Shown: positions 38,127 to 47,551 of the stretch, one piece after another
How positions within the stretch are numbered: position 1 is the first letter of the stretch
Layout: each line of letters begins with the position of its first letter
Program-made: the position numbers and the translations under genes
Assembly: GCA_019358915.1 (NCBI GenBank)
Contig: JAHHIM010000006.1
Span: 96,001-160,000, forward strand
DNA length: 64,000 nucleotides
Direction of reading: 5' to 3'
Origin: Trichormus sp. ATA11-4-KO1
GTDB taxonomy: Bacteria > Cyanobacteriota > Cyanobacteriia > Cyanobacteriales > Nostocaceae
The notes under the pieces: model-generated
Databases searched by the model: none
What the model was told of the DNA's origin: nothing
The model's input: only the letters and a program-made list of their open reading frames with translations

Positions 38127-38751
38127 AGTAATTATTTTTGATTTTGATGGCACGATTGCGGATACAGTAGATGCTCTAGTAAGTATTGCTAATCGTTTAG
38201 CTGTAGAGTTTGGTTATGTACAAATTACGCCAGAAGAACTGGCATTGCTGAGAAATTTTACCTCTAGAGAAATTATTAAATATTCAGGCATTTCTCTCTT
38301 TAGAATTCCTTTTCTCCTCAAGAAAGTTAAAGGTGAATTAAAAAATAAAATTCAAGAATTTCAACCTATTCCGGGAATTCAAGAAGTTTTAATAGAACTC
38401 CAAAGTCAAGGTTATAGGTTGGGAATTATTACGTCTAATTCTCAAGAAAATGTCAAAGCTTTTCTCAAAAACAACGAGTTAGATCAATTATTTGATTTTA
38501 TCTACTCGGCAGTCACCATTTTTGGCAAAACCACCATAATTAACAATGTACTCAGACAAAAGCAACTCAAACCGCAAGCCGTCATTTATGTCGGAGATGA
38601 AACCCGGGATATAGAAGCATCGAAAAAGGCTAACATTAAAGTAATAGCAGTGACTTGGGGATTCAATTCACCAGAAGTGTTAGCTAAACAAAATCCAGAT
38701 TTTTTGATTCATCAACCCAGCGAACTATTAGAAGTTATGAAAATCTGTTAA
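38116..38751 (+). CDS. HAD-IA hydrolase (phosphoglycolate phosphatase-like)
   Basis: FDFDGT, YVGDETRD, VTWGF. Confidence 0.9.
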   Translation: MTNKVIIFDFDGTIADTVDALVSIANRLAVEFGYVQITPEELALLRNFTSREIIKYSGISLFRIPFLLKKVKGELKNKIQEFQPIPGIQEVLIELQSQGYRLGIITSNSQENVKAFLKNNELDQLFDFIYSAVTIFGKTTIINNVLRQKQLKPQAVIYVGDETRDIEASKKANIKVIAVTWGFNSPEVLAKQNPDFLIHQPSELLEVMKIC

Positions 38752-38761
38752 ATTTGAAAGC

Positions 38762-38785
38762 GCCTTCACCCTGGAAGGGTGAGGC
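38762..38785. terminator. Stem-loop between convergent genes
   Basis: GCCTTCACCCT-GGA-AGGGTGAGGC. Confidence 0.5.
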
Positions 38786-38854
38786 TGTATGTTCAAATTA
38801 TGTTGACGCAGGATAAGCAGAGAAGAATTTATACTTTCTCAAACACAGAAAAGC

Positions 38855-39229
38855 TTACTTTTTCCCTTGACCTTTTTTCAAAGCCTTTTGGACTAAATCA
38901 TCATTAACCCTAGTTACAGCCTCATCCTTTGAACCCCCAACTTCCTTAGCCATTTCTACATAATCATTGGGGTTTCCGGTGGATTGCGCTTCAGTTTTTG
39001 TGGCTTCTGTGGCAGAAACTTCTTGTTTTGGTGCAGTTGCTGCTGAAGCGGCTGCTTTACCTTCATCTGTGCGGTCAATTTCACTAACACTAAATTCCTG
39101 GGCTGCTGCATAATCAGCATCAAAATCTACTTTTGGTGTTTTTTCTTCACCACTAGCCATATTTTCAGCAGCTAATTGTGCATCATGGGTAGAAGCTTCA
39201 TTAACATTGGGTTTCACTTGATCATTCAT
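38855..39229 (-). CDS. Hydrophilic acidic hypothetical protein
   Basis: MNDQVKP..., Ala/Glu/Thr-rich; divergent from an HCP gene. Confidence 0.75.
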   Translation of the reverse strand: MNDQVKPNVNEASTHDAQLAAENMASGEEKTPKVDFDADYAAAQEFSVSEIDRTDEGKAAASAATAPKQEVSATEATKTEAQSTGNPNDYVEMAKEVGGSKDEAVTRVNDDLVQKALKKGQGKK

Positions 39230-39443
39230 AAATAAAAACCTTGGGTAATTTTCCAACTGCTGGGGCGATTTTACCAAAGCCATTAGCAATACCCTTTCTC
39301 TCTTAGGAGATATTTGGATATCTATTAATGGTTAAGTAAAAACTTAAAGATTTAATTAATACAACTCTTTCTTGAGGAAGTAGATTCCATGTATGAAATT
39401 TTGATAATCATATAGTTAAATCTATGAATAATGGAGATAAATT

Positions 39444-39974
39444 GTGACTGCAAGTTCCAATCAAACTTTTTCTCAAGCTCAAAGTAACGAAACTTTGAAA
39501 GTAGTAGAAGCGTTTAATGCTTTAGATACCGATGCTAAACTAGCTTGGCTATATTTTGTTTATGAAAAAATGGGTAAATCCATTACTCCAGCCGCGCCGG
39601 CTGCGGCTGAACCAGAACTTGCACCACTGCTTTTAGGAGATTATTTAAAATTGTCAGATGAGCAACAACTGGCAATTATGCGGGATATAGTTAACTGTGA
39701 AGACACAGATTATTCTCGTGCTTATGGTGCGATTAAAGAAAATAACCAACTTTTAGTTTGGTATGCTTGGGCAGTAGCTATGGGCGATACAGTAGTGGGG
39801 ATGCCAGATAACTACAAGTCAACTGATGCTATCAATAATTTACTGTCCCAAATTGAGGGATTGGATTTTGAAGGGCAAATTTCAGTCCTGCGGACAATCG
39901 CTGGTGAAATGGGTTATAGCGATGTTAAGCCTATTGAAACACAAGCACAAACAGGTAAAACACCGAGTTTGTAA
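39444..39974 (+). CDS. Helical carotenoid protein (HCP3-like)
   Basis: LDTDAKLAWLY...MGKSITPAAP, YSRAYG, LDFEGQISVLR. Confidence 0.88.
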   Translation: MTASSNQTFSQAQSNETLKVVEAFNALDTDAKLAWLYFVYEKMGKSITPAAPAAAEPELAPLLLGDYLKLSDEQQLAIMRDIVNCEDTDYSRAYGAIKENNQLLVWYAWAVAMGDTVVGMPDNYKSTDAINNLLSQIEGLDFEGQISVLRTIAGEMGYSDVKPIETQAQTGKTPSL

Positions 39975-39987
39975 TGCGGCTGGCGAG

Positions 39988-40752
39988 TTAGGACATAGCC
40001 AGTTGAGTTAAGTCGGTAGGAGTCAAGTTGGTGTGGATAACTTCACCATCACGAAACCAAACGATGCGCTGGGTTTGACGGGCAACTTCGGGTTCATGAG
40101 TTACCATGACAACTGTAATTCCACTGGCATTTAATTCGCCAAAAATGTCCAATACTTCTTGCGTTGTGCGCGAATCAAGGGCGCCAGTGGGTTCATCAGC
40201 TAAGAGGACAACGGGACGATTGACAATAGCACGCGCGATCGCTACCCGTTGTTGTTGTCCACCAGATAATTGATTAGGTTTATTATTGAGGCGGTTTTCT
40301 AAGCCGACTTTTTTTAATGCGGCGGCGGCGCGATCGCGTCTTTCTGTAGGATTAATACTTGCGTATACCATTGGCAAGATGACATTTTCTAATGCTGTCA
40401 GTTGGGGTAATAAGTGGAATTGCTGGAACACAAACCCCAGTTTGATATTGCGGATTTTTGCTAACTCTGCATCATCCATTTGTGCCACATCAACGTTATC
40501 TAAGTAATACTGACCAGCAGTAGGACGATCTAAACAGCCGATAATATTCATGGCCGTGGATTTGCCAGAACCAGAAGGCCCCATAATGGAACAATATTCC
40601 CCCTCATATATAGTCAAATTCACATCATTGAGGGCTTTGACTTCGGTTTCACCACTGCCGTAGATTTTAAATATATTCTCCAGACGAATAATTGTTGATT
40701 GCGGTGCAGGATGAGGAACGAGAGAATCCGTAATTGTGATCATGTTTGCCAT
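39988..40752 (-). CDS. ABC transporter ATPase (LolD/MacB-type)
   Basis: [44 protein letters not shown]. Confidence 0.93.
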   Translation of the reverse strand: MANMITITDSLVPHPAPQSTIIRLENIFKIYGSGETEVKALNDVNLTIYEGEYCSIMGPSGSGKSTAMNIIGCLDRPTAGQYYLDNVDVAQMDDAELAKIRNIKLGFVFQQFHLLPQLTALENVILPMVYASINPTERRDRAAAALKKVGLENRLNNKPNQLSGGQQQRVAIARAIVNRPVVLLADEPTGALDSRTTQEVLDIFGELNASGITVVMVTHEPEVARQTQRIVWFRDGEVIHTNLTPTDLTQLAMS

Positions 40753-41268
40753 AAGAATTGAGTTATATACAAGTTACTTAGTAAGCGATCGCCCTTGAGT
40801 TACGATAACACCTGCAAATATCTTGCCGAAACCTACCCTGCTGAATTTGCCAGATGGTTGCTATCATCTGATACCTCTGACATCCAGGTACTAAAAACAG
40901 AATTAACCCCAAGTTAAGGTTGTGAGGCAGTTGTCAAGGGGATTTTAGAAGGTGCTTGAAAGAAAAATTCAGATGTGCCTCGTTGTTTATCAGGGAAGGA
41001 TGCAACAATGAGCTTCATGTTTGGTTTTCGTTGTCGTTGTCGTTTAACAATGCCTAAATCTTGATTTTCTGGTGCAGCGAAATATTTGATAGGGTCAGTT
41101 GCCTTGCCTTTTTGATGAGCAACATGAATCAATTCAAAATTCAAAATTCAAAATGAAATAAACAAGTCAAATCCTCTTCGCTTCTGCCTCCTGCCTCCTG
41201 ACTTGTTTCTTGAAAGATGGTGTGCAAATCTCCTGCTAGAAAACAGACTTGCTCTTCCCTTATCCCCT

Positions 41269-43617
41269 CTAATCCGAGGCAGATGGGCTAGGTCTAAGTC
41301 TCTCTCTCCATGAGGGCTGGGGTGTAGCAGAACCAGAACTATTACTGGTGGGGGGTAAAGACCGTCGAGTCCTAGATGGTGGCGTAGCCTCCGATTCTAC
41401 TGTTCTACGCCGTCTAGAAGGAGAAGACACACTGGCAGATGTGTTGGTATTTTGCTGTTGAGAACGTCTTCTATATCTTCTAGATGAACGGCTATCATTA
41501 GAACTGACAGCCGTTGTCTGACTCGTAGTAGAGGAAAGAGAACGATGCTGCACTGATTTAGGCTTGAGAGGTTTTGCCTTAATACTGCCTTTACGACCCT
41601 CTAGTTTAGGTCTTTCGGGAAACTTTTCTACAGGCATCCCTTCTATTGCTTTTTCCATAAATTCCCGCCAGGTGTAAGCAGCACTACCACTGCCTCCGGA
41701 AGTTGGGCGGTTGTTATCATTCCCTAGCCAAACCCCTACTACTAGTTGGGGGATGTAACCAATGAACCACAAATCGCGGGCTTCATCAGAGGTGCCAGTT
41801 TTCCCAGCGACAGGTCTATTCTTTAATTGGGCAGGGCCACCAGTACCGGCTTCTACGACGTTACGTAACATCCAGGTCATGATCCCAGCACTAGTAGGGT
41901 CAAGAACTCGCTGATGCTGGAAATCAGCTGACCAGATTACCTGTCCTTGGCGGTCAAGGATGCGGCGAATGCCATGAGCTTCTACATACAATCCTTGAGT
42001 AGCAAAGCTACCATAAGCGTTGGTTAACTCTAGCAGATTCACTTCATTTGAGCCAAGAGCTAAGGAATAGGTCGGCTGGAGTTCCGATTTAATGCCTAAA
42101 TTACGGGCAGTATTAATAATTGGCTCAAATCCTATATCAATTAATACTTTCACCGCAATTATATTAATAGAACGGGTGAGGGCATCTCGCATAGTCATCG
42201 AACCCCGGAAGGTGTTGCCATAGTTTTTCGGTTCGTAGTCATCGACTACAAAGGGTGCATCTAAGTAGCTGTCATTGGGACTTTTACCAGTAGCTATGGC
42301 TGCGGCATAGACAAATCCCTTAAATGTTGATCCTGGTTGACGCTGTGCCTGGGTAACCCGATTAAACTGATTCTTCTCAAAGTCTTTGCCCCCAACCATT
42401 GCTTGAATTTCACCATTGCGGGGGTCGATGGCTACTAAAGCTCCTTGAGTAAAGTTTTGCCAGCGTCCTTGCTCTTGCAAGGTTTTAGTAACTGCTGCTT
42501 CTGCTGCCTCCTGCCAAGTGGGATTTAAGGTGGTTTCTACTACTAATCCTCCTTGTGTCAGTAAATCGGGGGATACATACTTGGGCAGTTCTTGCAAAAC
42601 GTAACTGGCAAAGTAGGGAGATTCGACTTGTAATCGTTTGGGAAAACTGCTGTTGAGGGTTAGCGATTCTTGAGCAGCTGCCTGTCTTTCAGATGCTGTA
42701 ATAAATTTATCTTCATACATCCGTTGTAATACTAAATTTCGTCGTTGTATGGCGGCGGCTGGATTTTGCGCTGGGGAGTACAAACTGGGGGCGGGAGCTA
42801 ATCCAGCAATCATTGCCGCTTCCCCCAAGGACAGTTGGTCTACTGATTTACTGAAATATACCCAGGCGGCATCTGCTACACCATAAGCTCCAGAACCTAA
42901 GTACACTAGATTGAGGTAACGCTCGATAATTTGGTCTTTAGTCAATTCTTGCTCCATCTTCTGTGCCAGACGGACTTCTTTGAGTTTGCGCCAAATTGTC
43001 TGCTCTTGTTTGAGGAAAAGAATTCGTGCTAGCTGTTGGGTGATAGTACTACCACCTTCTACCACAGTCTGCGATCGCAAATTATTAAAAGCTGCTCTCA
43101 GTATTCCTTGAGGATCAATCCCCTGATGATGTGCAAACCTTCTGTCTTCTGAAGCGATGAAAGCTTGTTTGAGTTGATTGGGTACTTGCTCAAGTCTTAG
43201 CCGTTCTCTAGTGGCTTCACCTTGTTGTTGTAATATACTGCCATCAACTGCTTTGATAGTCAGTGTTCGCTCTCGGGTAACAACTTTTAACTGAGATTTA
43301 TCCGGTAAAGTTTGGTCTATGGTGCTAATGAAGTAGTTCAAGGCAATGATGCCACCGCCTAAACTCAAACCTGCCCAAAACCATAGACGACGATAAAAAG
43401 GTCTATCGCGACTGGTAAATTGGGAAATAATTCCAGAGGGTACGCCACCCATCTGATTCAATAACTGCCTTGCTCTCATTAACTTTGTGGGTAATAAGCT
43501 CTCATGTGCGGGTTCCTCGTTCTCGTAATGATTACCAGACGACAATCGCGGTTCCTCCTTGTCAGAGTCACTCAAATTGGTTGATCTTTGCTTGAACCAG
43601 GAGGTGAGCTTCCCCAC
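41269..43617 (-). CDS. Class A penicillin-binding protein (PBP1A family)
   Basis: EDRRF and GGSTITQQLAR transglycosylase motifs; QPGSTFK, SIN and KTG transpeptidase motifs; Ser/Arg-rich tail. Confidence 0.95.
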   Translation of the reverse strand: MGKLTSWFKQRSTNLSDSDKEEPRLSSGNHYENEEPAHESLLPTKLMRARQLLNQMGGVPSGIISQFTSRDRPFYRRLWFWAGLSLGGGIIALNYFISTIDQTLPDKSQLKVVTRERTLTIKAVDGSILQQQGEATRERLRLEQVPNQLKQAFIASEDRRFAHHQGIDPQGILRAAFNNLRSQTVVEGGSTITQQLARILFLKQEQTIWRKLKEVRLAQKMEQELTKDQIIERYLNLVYLGSGAYGVADAAWVYFSKSVDQLSLGEAAMIAGLAPAPSLYSPAQNPAAAIQRRNLVLQRMYEDKFITASERQAAAQESLTLNSSFPKRLQVESPYFASYVLQELPKYVSPDLLTQGGLVVETTLNPTWQEAAEAAVTKTLQEQGRWQNFTQGALVAIDPRNGEIQAMVGGKDFEKNQFNRVTQAQRQPGSTFKGFVYAAAIATGKSPNDSYLDAPFVVDDYEPKNYGNTFRGSMTMRDALTRSINIIAVKVLIDIGFEPIINTARNLGIKSELQPTYSLALGSNEVNLLELTNAYGSFATQGLYVEAHGIRRILDRQGQVIWSADFQHQRVLDPTSAGIMTWMLRNVVEAGTGGPAQLKNRPVAGKTGTSDEARDLWFIGYIPQLVVGVWLGNDNNRPTSGGSGSAAYTWREFMEKAIEGMPVEKFPERPKLEGRKGSIKAKPLKPKSVQHRSLSSTTSQTTAVSSNDSRSSRRYRRRSQQQNTNTSASVSSPSRRRRTVESEATPPSRTRRSLPPTSNSSGSATPQPSWRERLRPSPSASD

Positions 43618-43799
43618 GTCAGTTCCTCACTCAAAGTAGCTGAAACCTAACCACCCGAATCAAATGTTGGGGTTAGCGCACCATGTTTGTGTTAGTATAA
43701 TAGCTCATAAATAATTAACTGAATTCAGTAATACATAAAAATGTTTCTTGGGATTGATTGATAATTTTTTGTAATTATTTATACAATAGTTGAAAATAA

Positions 43800-44333
43800 T
43801 TGTTCCTAGCAGCAAGCTCATTAAATACATCTTGTATAGGTGCAGTAGCTAAATCTACTGTCATTGCCCTCGGTGGAAATATTGGTGATTCCCAGGCAAT
43901 TTTAACAGCAGCCATAGAGATATTAGCTCAGACACCAGGTATTAAGTTACAAGCCAAATCCAGTTGGTATATAACTAAAGCTGTAGGGCCACCGCAACCA
44001 GATTACTTAAACGGTTGTGCCATATTGCAAGTAGAAATGCCACCGCAGCTATTATTAGAGACGTTATTAGCAACAGAACAAAAATTTGGGCGAGTGCGTC
44101 AACAACGCTGGGGCGCGCGATCGCTTGATTTAGATTTGTTGTTATATGATGACTTAATCATGGATACGCCCAACCTGCAAATTCCTCATCCCCGAATGCG
44201 AGAGCGTGCTTTTGTTTTAGTGCCACTTGCGGAGATTGCGCCAGATTGGGTAGAACCAATTTCTGGACGCGTGATTAAAGATTTACTCAAAGAGGTAGAC
44301 TGTTCTGGTGTACATTTATTAGAGAGCAATTAA
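43800..44333 (+). CDS. folK: 2-amino-4-hydroxy-6-hydroxymethyldihydropteridine diphosphokinase
   Basis: IALGGNIG, QPDYLN, RWGARSLDLDLL, IPHPRM.ERAFVLVPL. Start uncertain. Confidence 0.93.
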   Translation: MFLAASSLNTSCIGAVAKSTVIALGGNIGDSQAILTAAIEILAQTPGIKLQAKSSWYITKAVGPPQPDYLNGCAILQVEMPPQLLLETLLATEQKFGRVRQQRWGARSLDLDLLLYDDLIMDTPNLQIPHPRMRERAFVLVPLAEIAPDWVEPISGRVIKDLLKEVDCSGVHLLESN

Positions 44334-44425
44334 AATTACCAGTCATAAACGCAGAAAAAGACACTGATTTGATTAATCGAACAGTGTTTGTATGTATATG
44401 TAGGTAGACATAACAGAATTTTACT

Positions 44426-44977
44426 ATGCCATTAGGTAGAGAATTACCACAACTACTAAAACAATGCTTGTTTTATAAAGGTCGCAAGTTTGATTTTGAA
44501 GTCAATCGCTTGCGTTTACCTAACAAAGCAGAAGGAGATTGGGAATGTATTCGTCATCCAGGCGGAGCCTTAGCAGTGCCCGTGACAGCAGAAGGTAAAC
44601 TTGTACTTGTGCGCCAGTATCGTTTTGCCATTCAAGGCAGGATATTAGAGTTTCCCGCAGGAACTGTGGAACTCAGTGAAGATCCCTTGGAGACAATACA
44701 ACGGGAAATTGAAGAGGAAACTGGCTATAGTGCCCAAAAATGGGATAAATTAGGCGAGTTTTTCCTGGCTCCTGGCTATTCAGACGAAATTATTTATGCT
44801 TTTCTCGCACGAGATTTGGCAAAGCTGGAAAGCCCACCGAAAAAAGATGAAGATGAGGACATTGAAACTGTACTGATGACTCCCGAAGAACTGGAGAAAG
44901 CTATTCTCCAAGGTGAGCCGGTAGATGCGAAATCAATTTCTAGCTTTTTACTAGCGCGTCCTTTGCTCGTTTATTAA
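44426..44977 (+). CDS. NUDIX hydrolase (ADP-ribose pyrophosphatase-like)
   Basis: EFPAG...QREIEEETG Nudix box, LVRQYR. Confidence 0.92.
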   Translation: MPLGRELPQLLKQCLFYKGRKFDFEVNRLRLPNKAEGDWECIRHPGGALAVPVTAEGKLVLVRQYRFAIQGRILEFPAGTVELSEDPLETIQREIEEETGYSAQKWDKLGEFFLAPGYSDEIIYAFLARDLAKLESPPKKDEDEDIETVLMTPEELEKAILQGEPVDAKSISSFLLARPLLVY

Positions 44978-44985
44978 CATCTGAC

Positions 44986-45021
44986 AATCTCCTGTTAAGT
45001 ACTGTTTGATAACGGGAGATT
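44986..45021. terminator. Stem-loop after the NUDIX gene
   Basis: AATCTCCTGTTA / TAACGGGAGATT. Confidence 0.5.
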
Positions 45022-45068
45022 GCCTTTCACAGAAATTTTATGTATAGCAGTTGCCACTTAGCTTAGCA

Positions 45069-45235
45069 CATATCTTGCACCTAGCCCCAACGAATGAAAT
45101 TCGTGGCTATACAAACGAAGTCCGCGGCTCGACTGACTTGTACTGAGCCTTGTCGAAGTAGCCTTCGCCGAACTCTTGTCGAAGTGCGGGTTTTGTTCGT
45201 GTAGCCGCGACTTCAGTCGCTTGGTGCAAGATGTG
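45069..45235. mobile_element. MITE/REP-like element with 13-bp terminal inverted repeats and nested small repeats
   Basis: CATATCTTGCACC ... GGTGCAAGATGTG (12/13); internal palindromic arms GGCTATACAAACGAAG / TTTTGTTCGTGTAGCC. Confidence 0.65.
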
Positions 45236-45289
45236 AATTAGGTCATAAACTAATCATCAAATCAAGATACCAAAAGACTTTCAAGCCTA

Positions 45290-45949
45290 TCACCTGTCAC
45301 CTGGCTCACGATTAATCCAAATACCCCTGAGTCCAGCAGCTTTAGCACCTTGATAGTCTTCTACAATGCTGTCACCAATATGCCATGCCTTTTCGGGTGG
45401 ACAATTATGTTTTTCTAAAGCGATCGCAAAAATTTTAGGATCAGGTTTAGCTGCACATACCTGGGTAGAAATAGTCACAGAGGTAAAATAACTACTCAGT
45501 CCTAAACTTTGCAATACCGAGTAAATTCGGGAATCAAAATTGGACAGCACCCCTAGTTCAACTCCCTGTCGCCGCCAGTTCCCCAAGGATGACAAGACAT
45601 CGGGATAAACAAACCACGGTTCCGCAGTCCCAAAGTGAATATAAAGTTCGCTAAAAAAAGCGGAAAAATCAGAAAATTGCTGAAGAACGCCTGCACTTTC
45701 AAAAGTATTGAGGGCAATTATCCGCCACCAATCAAACTCTCGTTGGGGAATATCATGTGAGTCTGCATCTGGGAATATGGGTGGCGGTGCTGCTTTAAAG
45801 CTTTGGAGAAACTTTGTATTCAAGATTTCGGCTGAAACTTCAACATCAAATTCTTGGGCTATCTGACTATAAACTTCGCCCACACTACCTTTAACTCCAA
45901 AGAGTGTGCCCACAGCATCTAAAAAAATAACTTTCGGTCGTTCCATCAA
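45290..45949 (-). CDS. HAD-IA hydrolase (REG-2/HDHD3-like)
   Basis: FLDAVGTL, LSNFDSR, KPDPKIF, HIGDS...D. Confidence 0.92.
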   Translation of the reverse strand: MMERPKVIFLDAVGTLFGVKGSVGEVYSQIAQEFDVEVSAEILNTKFLQSFKAAPPPIFPDADSHDIPQREFDWWRIIALNTFESAGVLQQFSDFSAFFSELYIHFGTAEPWFVYPDVLSSLGNWRRQGVELGVLSNFDSRIYSVLQSLGLSSYFTSVTISTQVCAAKPDPKIFAIALEKHNCPPEKAWHIGDSIVEDYQGAKAAGLRGIWINREPGDR

Positions 45950-46091
45950 ACTTTTTATAATTATGAATGTCTAATTTTAGATTTTGGTAAGGCAGTGTGA
46001 TTTTTTTGGTTCCCCAAATGAGTGACTGCCGTAAGATACCCGAAGGAAGGACTTATGAGAGTTTCAGTGATGAGGTAGCACCTATGACTGT

Positions 46092-47285
46092 TTACTTTGA
46101 AAGTGTATCTATAATAGGACGGACTAGCCAATTAAAACCAACTTTTAGCTGATGATCTAAAGTTGGCATGCGATACAGATAGGCAAGACGGCGGGCAATA
46201 TATGCTAAAGAACCATCTAGTTTGATTCCTAAACCAGTCAAGGTAGCGTTGTCTTTTCCCAGTGTCATCATTTCCCCTAACTGCTGGTAACGGAAAGGCA
46301 GCAAAGGGCGATTAGTTAAAGAAGCCCAGATGTTCCAAGCAGTATAATCAGCTTGTTGAAAAGCAGCTTGGGCTGTAGCAGGGACTTGTTGTCCTTCAGT
46401 ATCAAGACAGTCTGCTAAATCTCCCAAGGCAAATATTTCTGGATGATCTAAAACTTGCAGCGTCGGTGTAGTGCTGATTTGACCACGCTGATTTTGCTTG
46501 AGAGGAAGTGCGCGGACAACAGGTGCAACTCGCGTTCCCACAGTCCAAATTACCAATTCTACGGGAATCGTATCTACTTGATTTTTGTACTCTAGAGAAA
46601 TAGTATCTGCCCCAATTGATTCTACTTTGGTTTCTAAATCTAGAAACACACCCCTTGCTTCTAAAGCTTTTTTGGCAGCTTCGCGGTTAAATTCTGGGGA
46701 AGTTCGTAAAATTTGGTCGCCGATTTCAATTAAGCGGAAACGTCCTCTTTCGCCTAATCTGTCGGCTAACTTACAGGCTAATTCAACGCCACTGTAACCA
46801 GCACCCACAATTGCCACGCGAATTTTCTCTACATCCGATTCTGCCAAAATTCGCAGACGTTCTTCCAAACGATAGGCATCAGTGATAGTGCGGAATGGGT
46901 AAGCGTAGGATGTAGCACCGGGAACCATATCTAGGGGGGTTTCCCCACCCAATGCCAAGATTAGTCGGTCATAGGGAATTTCCGGCCCATCCTGTAAGTG
47001 TACTCGTTGCTGGTCAGTGTCAATGCCAGACACCACAGCTTGATAAAAACGCACACCTGTGTTTTGTAAAAGTTCTGTAAACGGCGGGGCAATTTCCCAG
47101 GTTTGTAGTTCCCCAGTCAATAATTCGTACAGTAAAGGAGAAAATATAAAGCGATCGCTTTGATCAACTAGGATAATTTCGGGTTTTTGTGTATTTTCCC
47201 AAGGTAACTGGCTTAAGCGCAAGGCAGTGTACAGACCACCAAAGCCTCCACCAAGGATACATATTCTCGCAGTTTGTTGAGTCAT
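46092..47285 (-). CDS. ndbB: Type II NAD(P)H dehydrogenase NdbB (demethylphylloquinone reductase-type)
   Basis: ICILGGGFGGLYTALRLSQLPW N-terminus, GAGYSGVELA, FALGD, PATAQ. Confidence 0.82.
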   Translation of the reverse strand: MTQQTARICILGGGFGGLYTALRLSQLPWENTQKPEIILVDQSDRFIFSPLLYELLTGELQTWEIAPPFTELLQNTGVRFYQAVVSGIDTDQQRVHLQDGPEIPYDRLILALGGETPLDMVPGATSYAYPFRTITDAYRLEERLRILAESDVEKIRVAIVGAGYSGVELACKLADRLGERGRFRLIEIGDQILRTSPEFNREAAKKALEARGVFLDLETKVESIGADTISLEYKNQVDTIPVELVIWTVGTRVAPVVRALPLKQNQRGQISTTPTLQVLDHPEIFALGDLADCLDTEGQQVPATAQAAFQQADYTAWNIWASLTNRPLLPFRYQQLGEMMTLGKDNATLTGLGIKLDGSLAYIARRLAYLYRMPTLDHQLKVGFNWLVRPIIDTLSK

Positions 47286-47405
47286 CGGTTCTATAGGACA
47301 GTCAATCCCAGGCAACTAACTTCAGTGTAATGATTTCTTTCGTTTTATTGCCATGAGCCAACAATCAGAATATTCTCCTTCATGCATACAGAACTAATAT
47401 TTTTT

Positions 47406-47502
47406 AACGCAGAGGCACGCTAAGGTAGCGCCGAGTTACGCAAAGATTGTCAAATTTTATTCGCGATGTATTCAGTACTTCAGCAGATTAGGAAACACTA
47501 TA
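47406..47502. repeat. Second (one-ended) copy of the 12221 element
   Basis: Reverse complement of 12221-12317 with 11 mismatches in 97 nt. Confidence 0.85.
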
Positions 47503-47551
47503 AGATGACCCAATTCAAGGTTGAAGGTTGGTCGACCAGTAAAACTATTAA

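Noticed and set aside
40914..41144. 76-aa ORF
   Set aside because: It starts inside an AATTCAA repeat and has no recognisable motif. It could be a gene fragment, but that is unsupported without a search.
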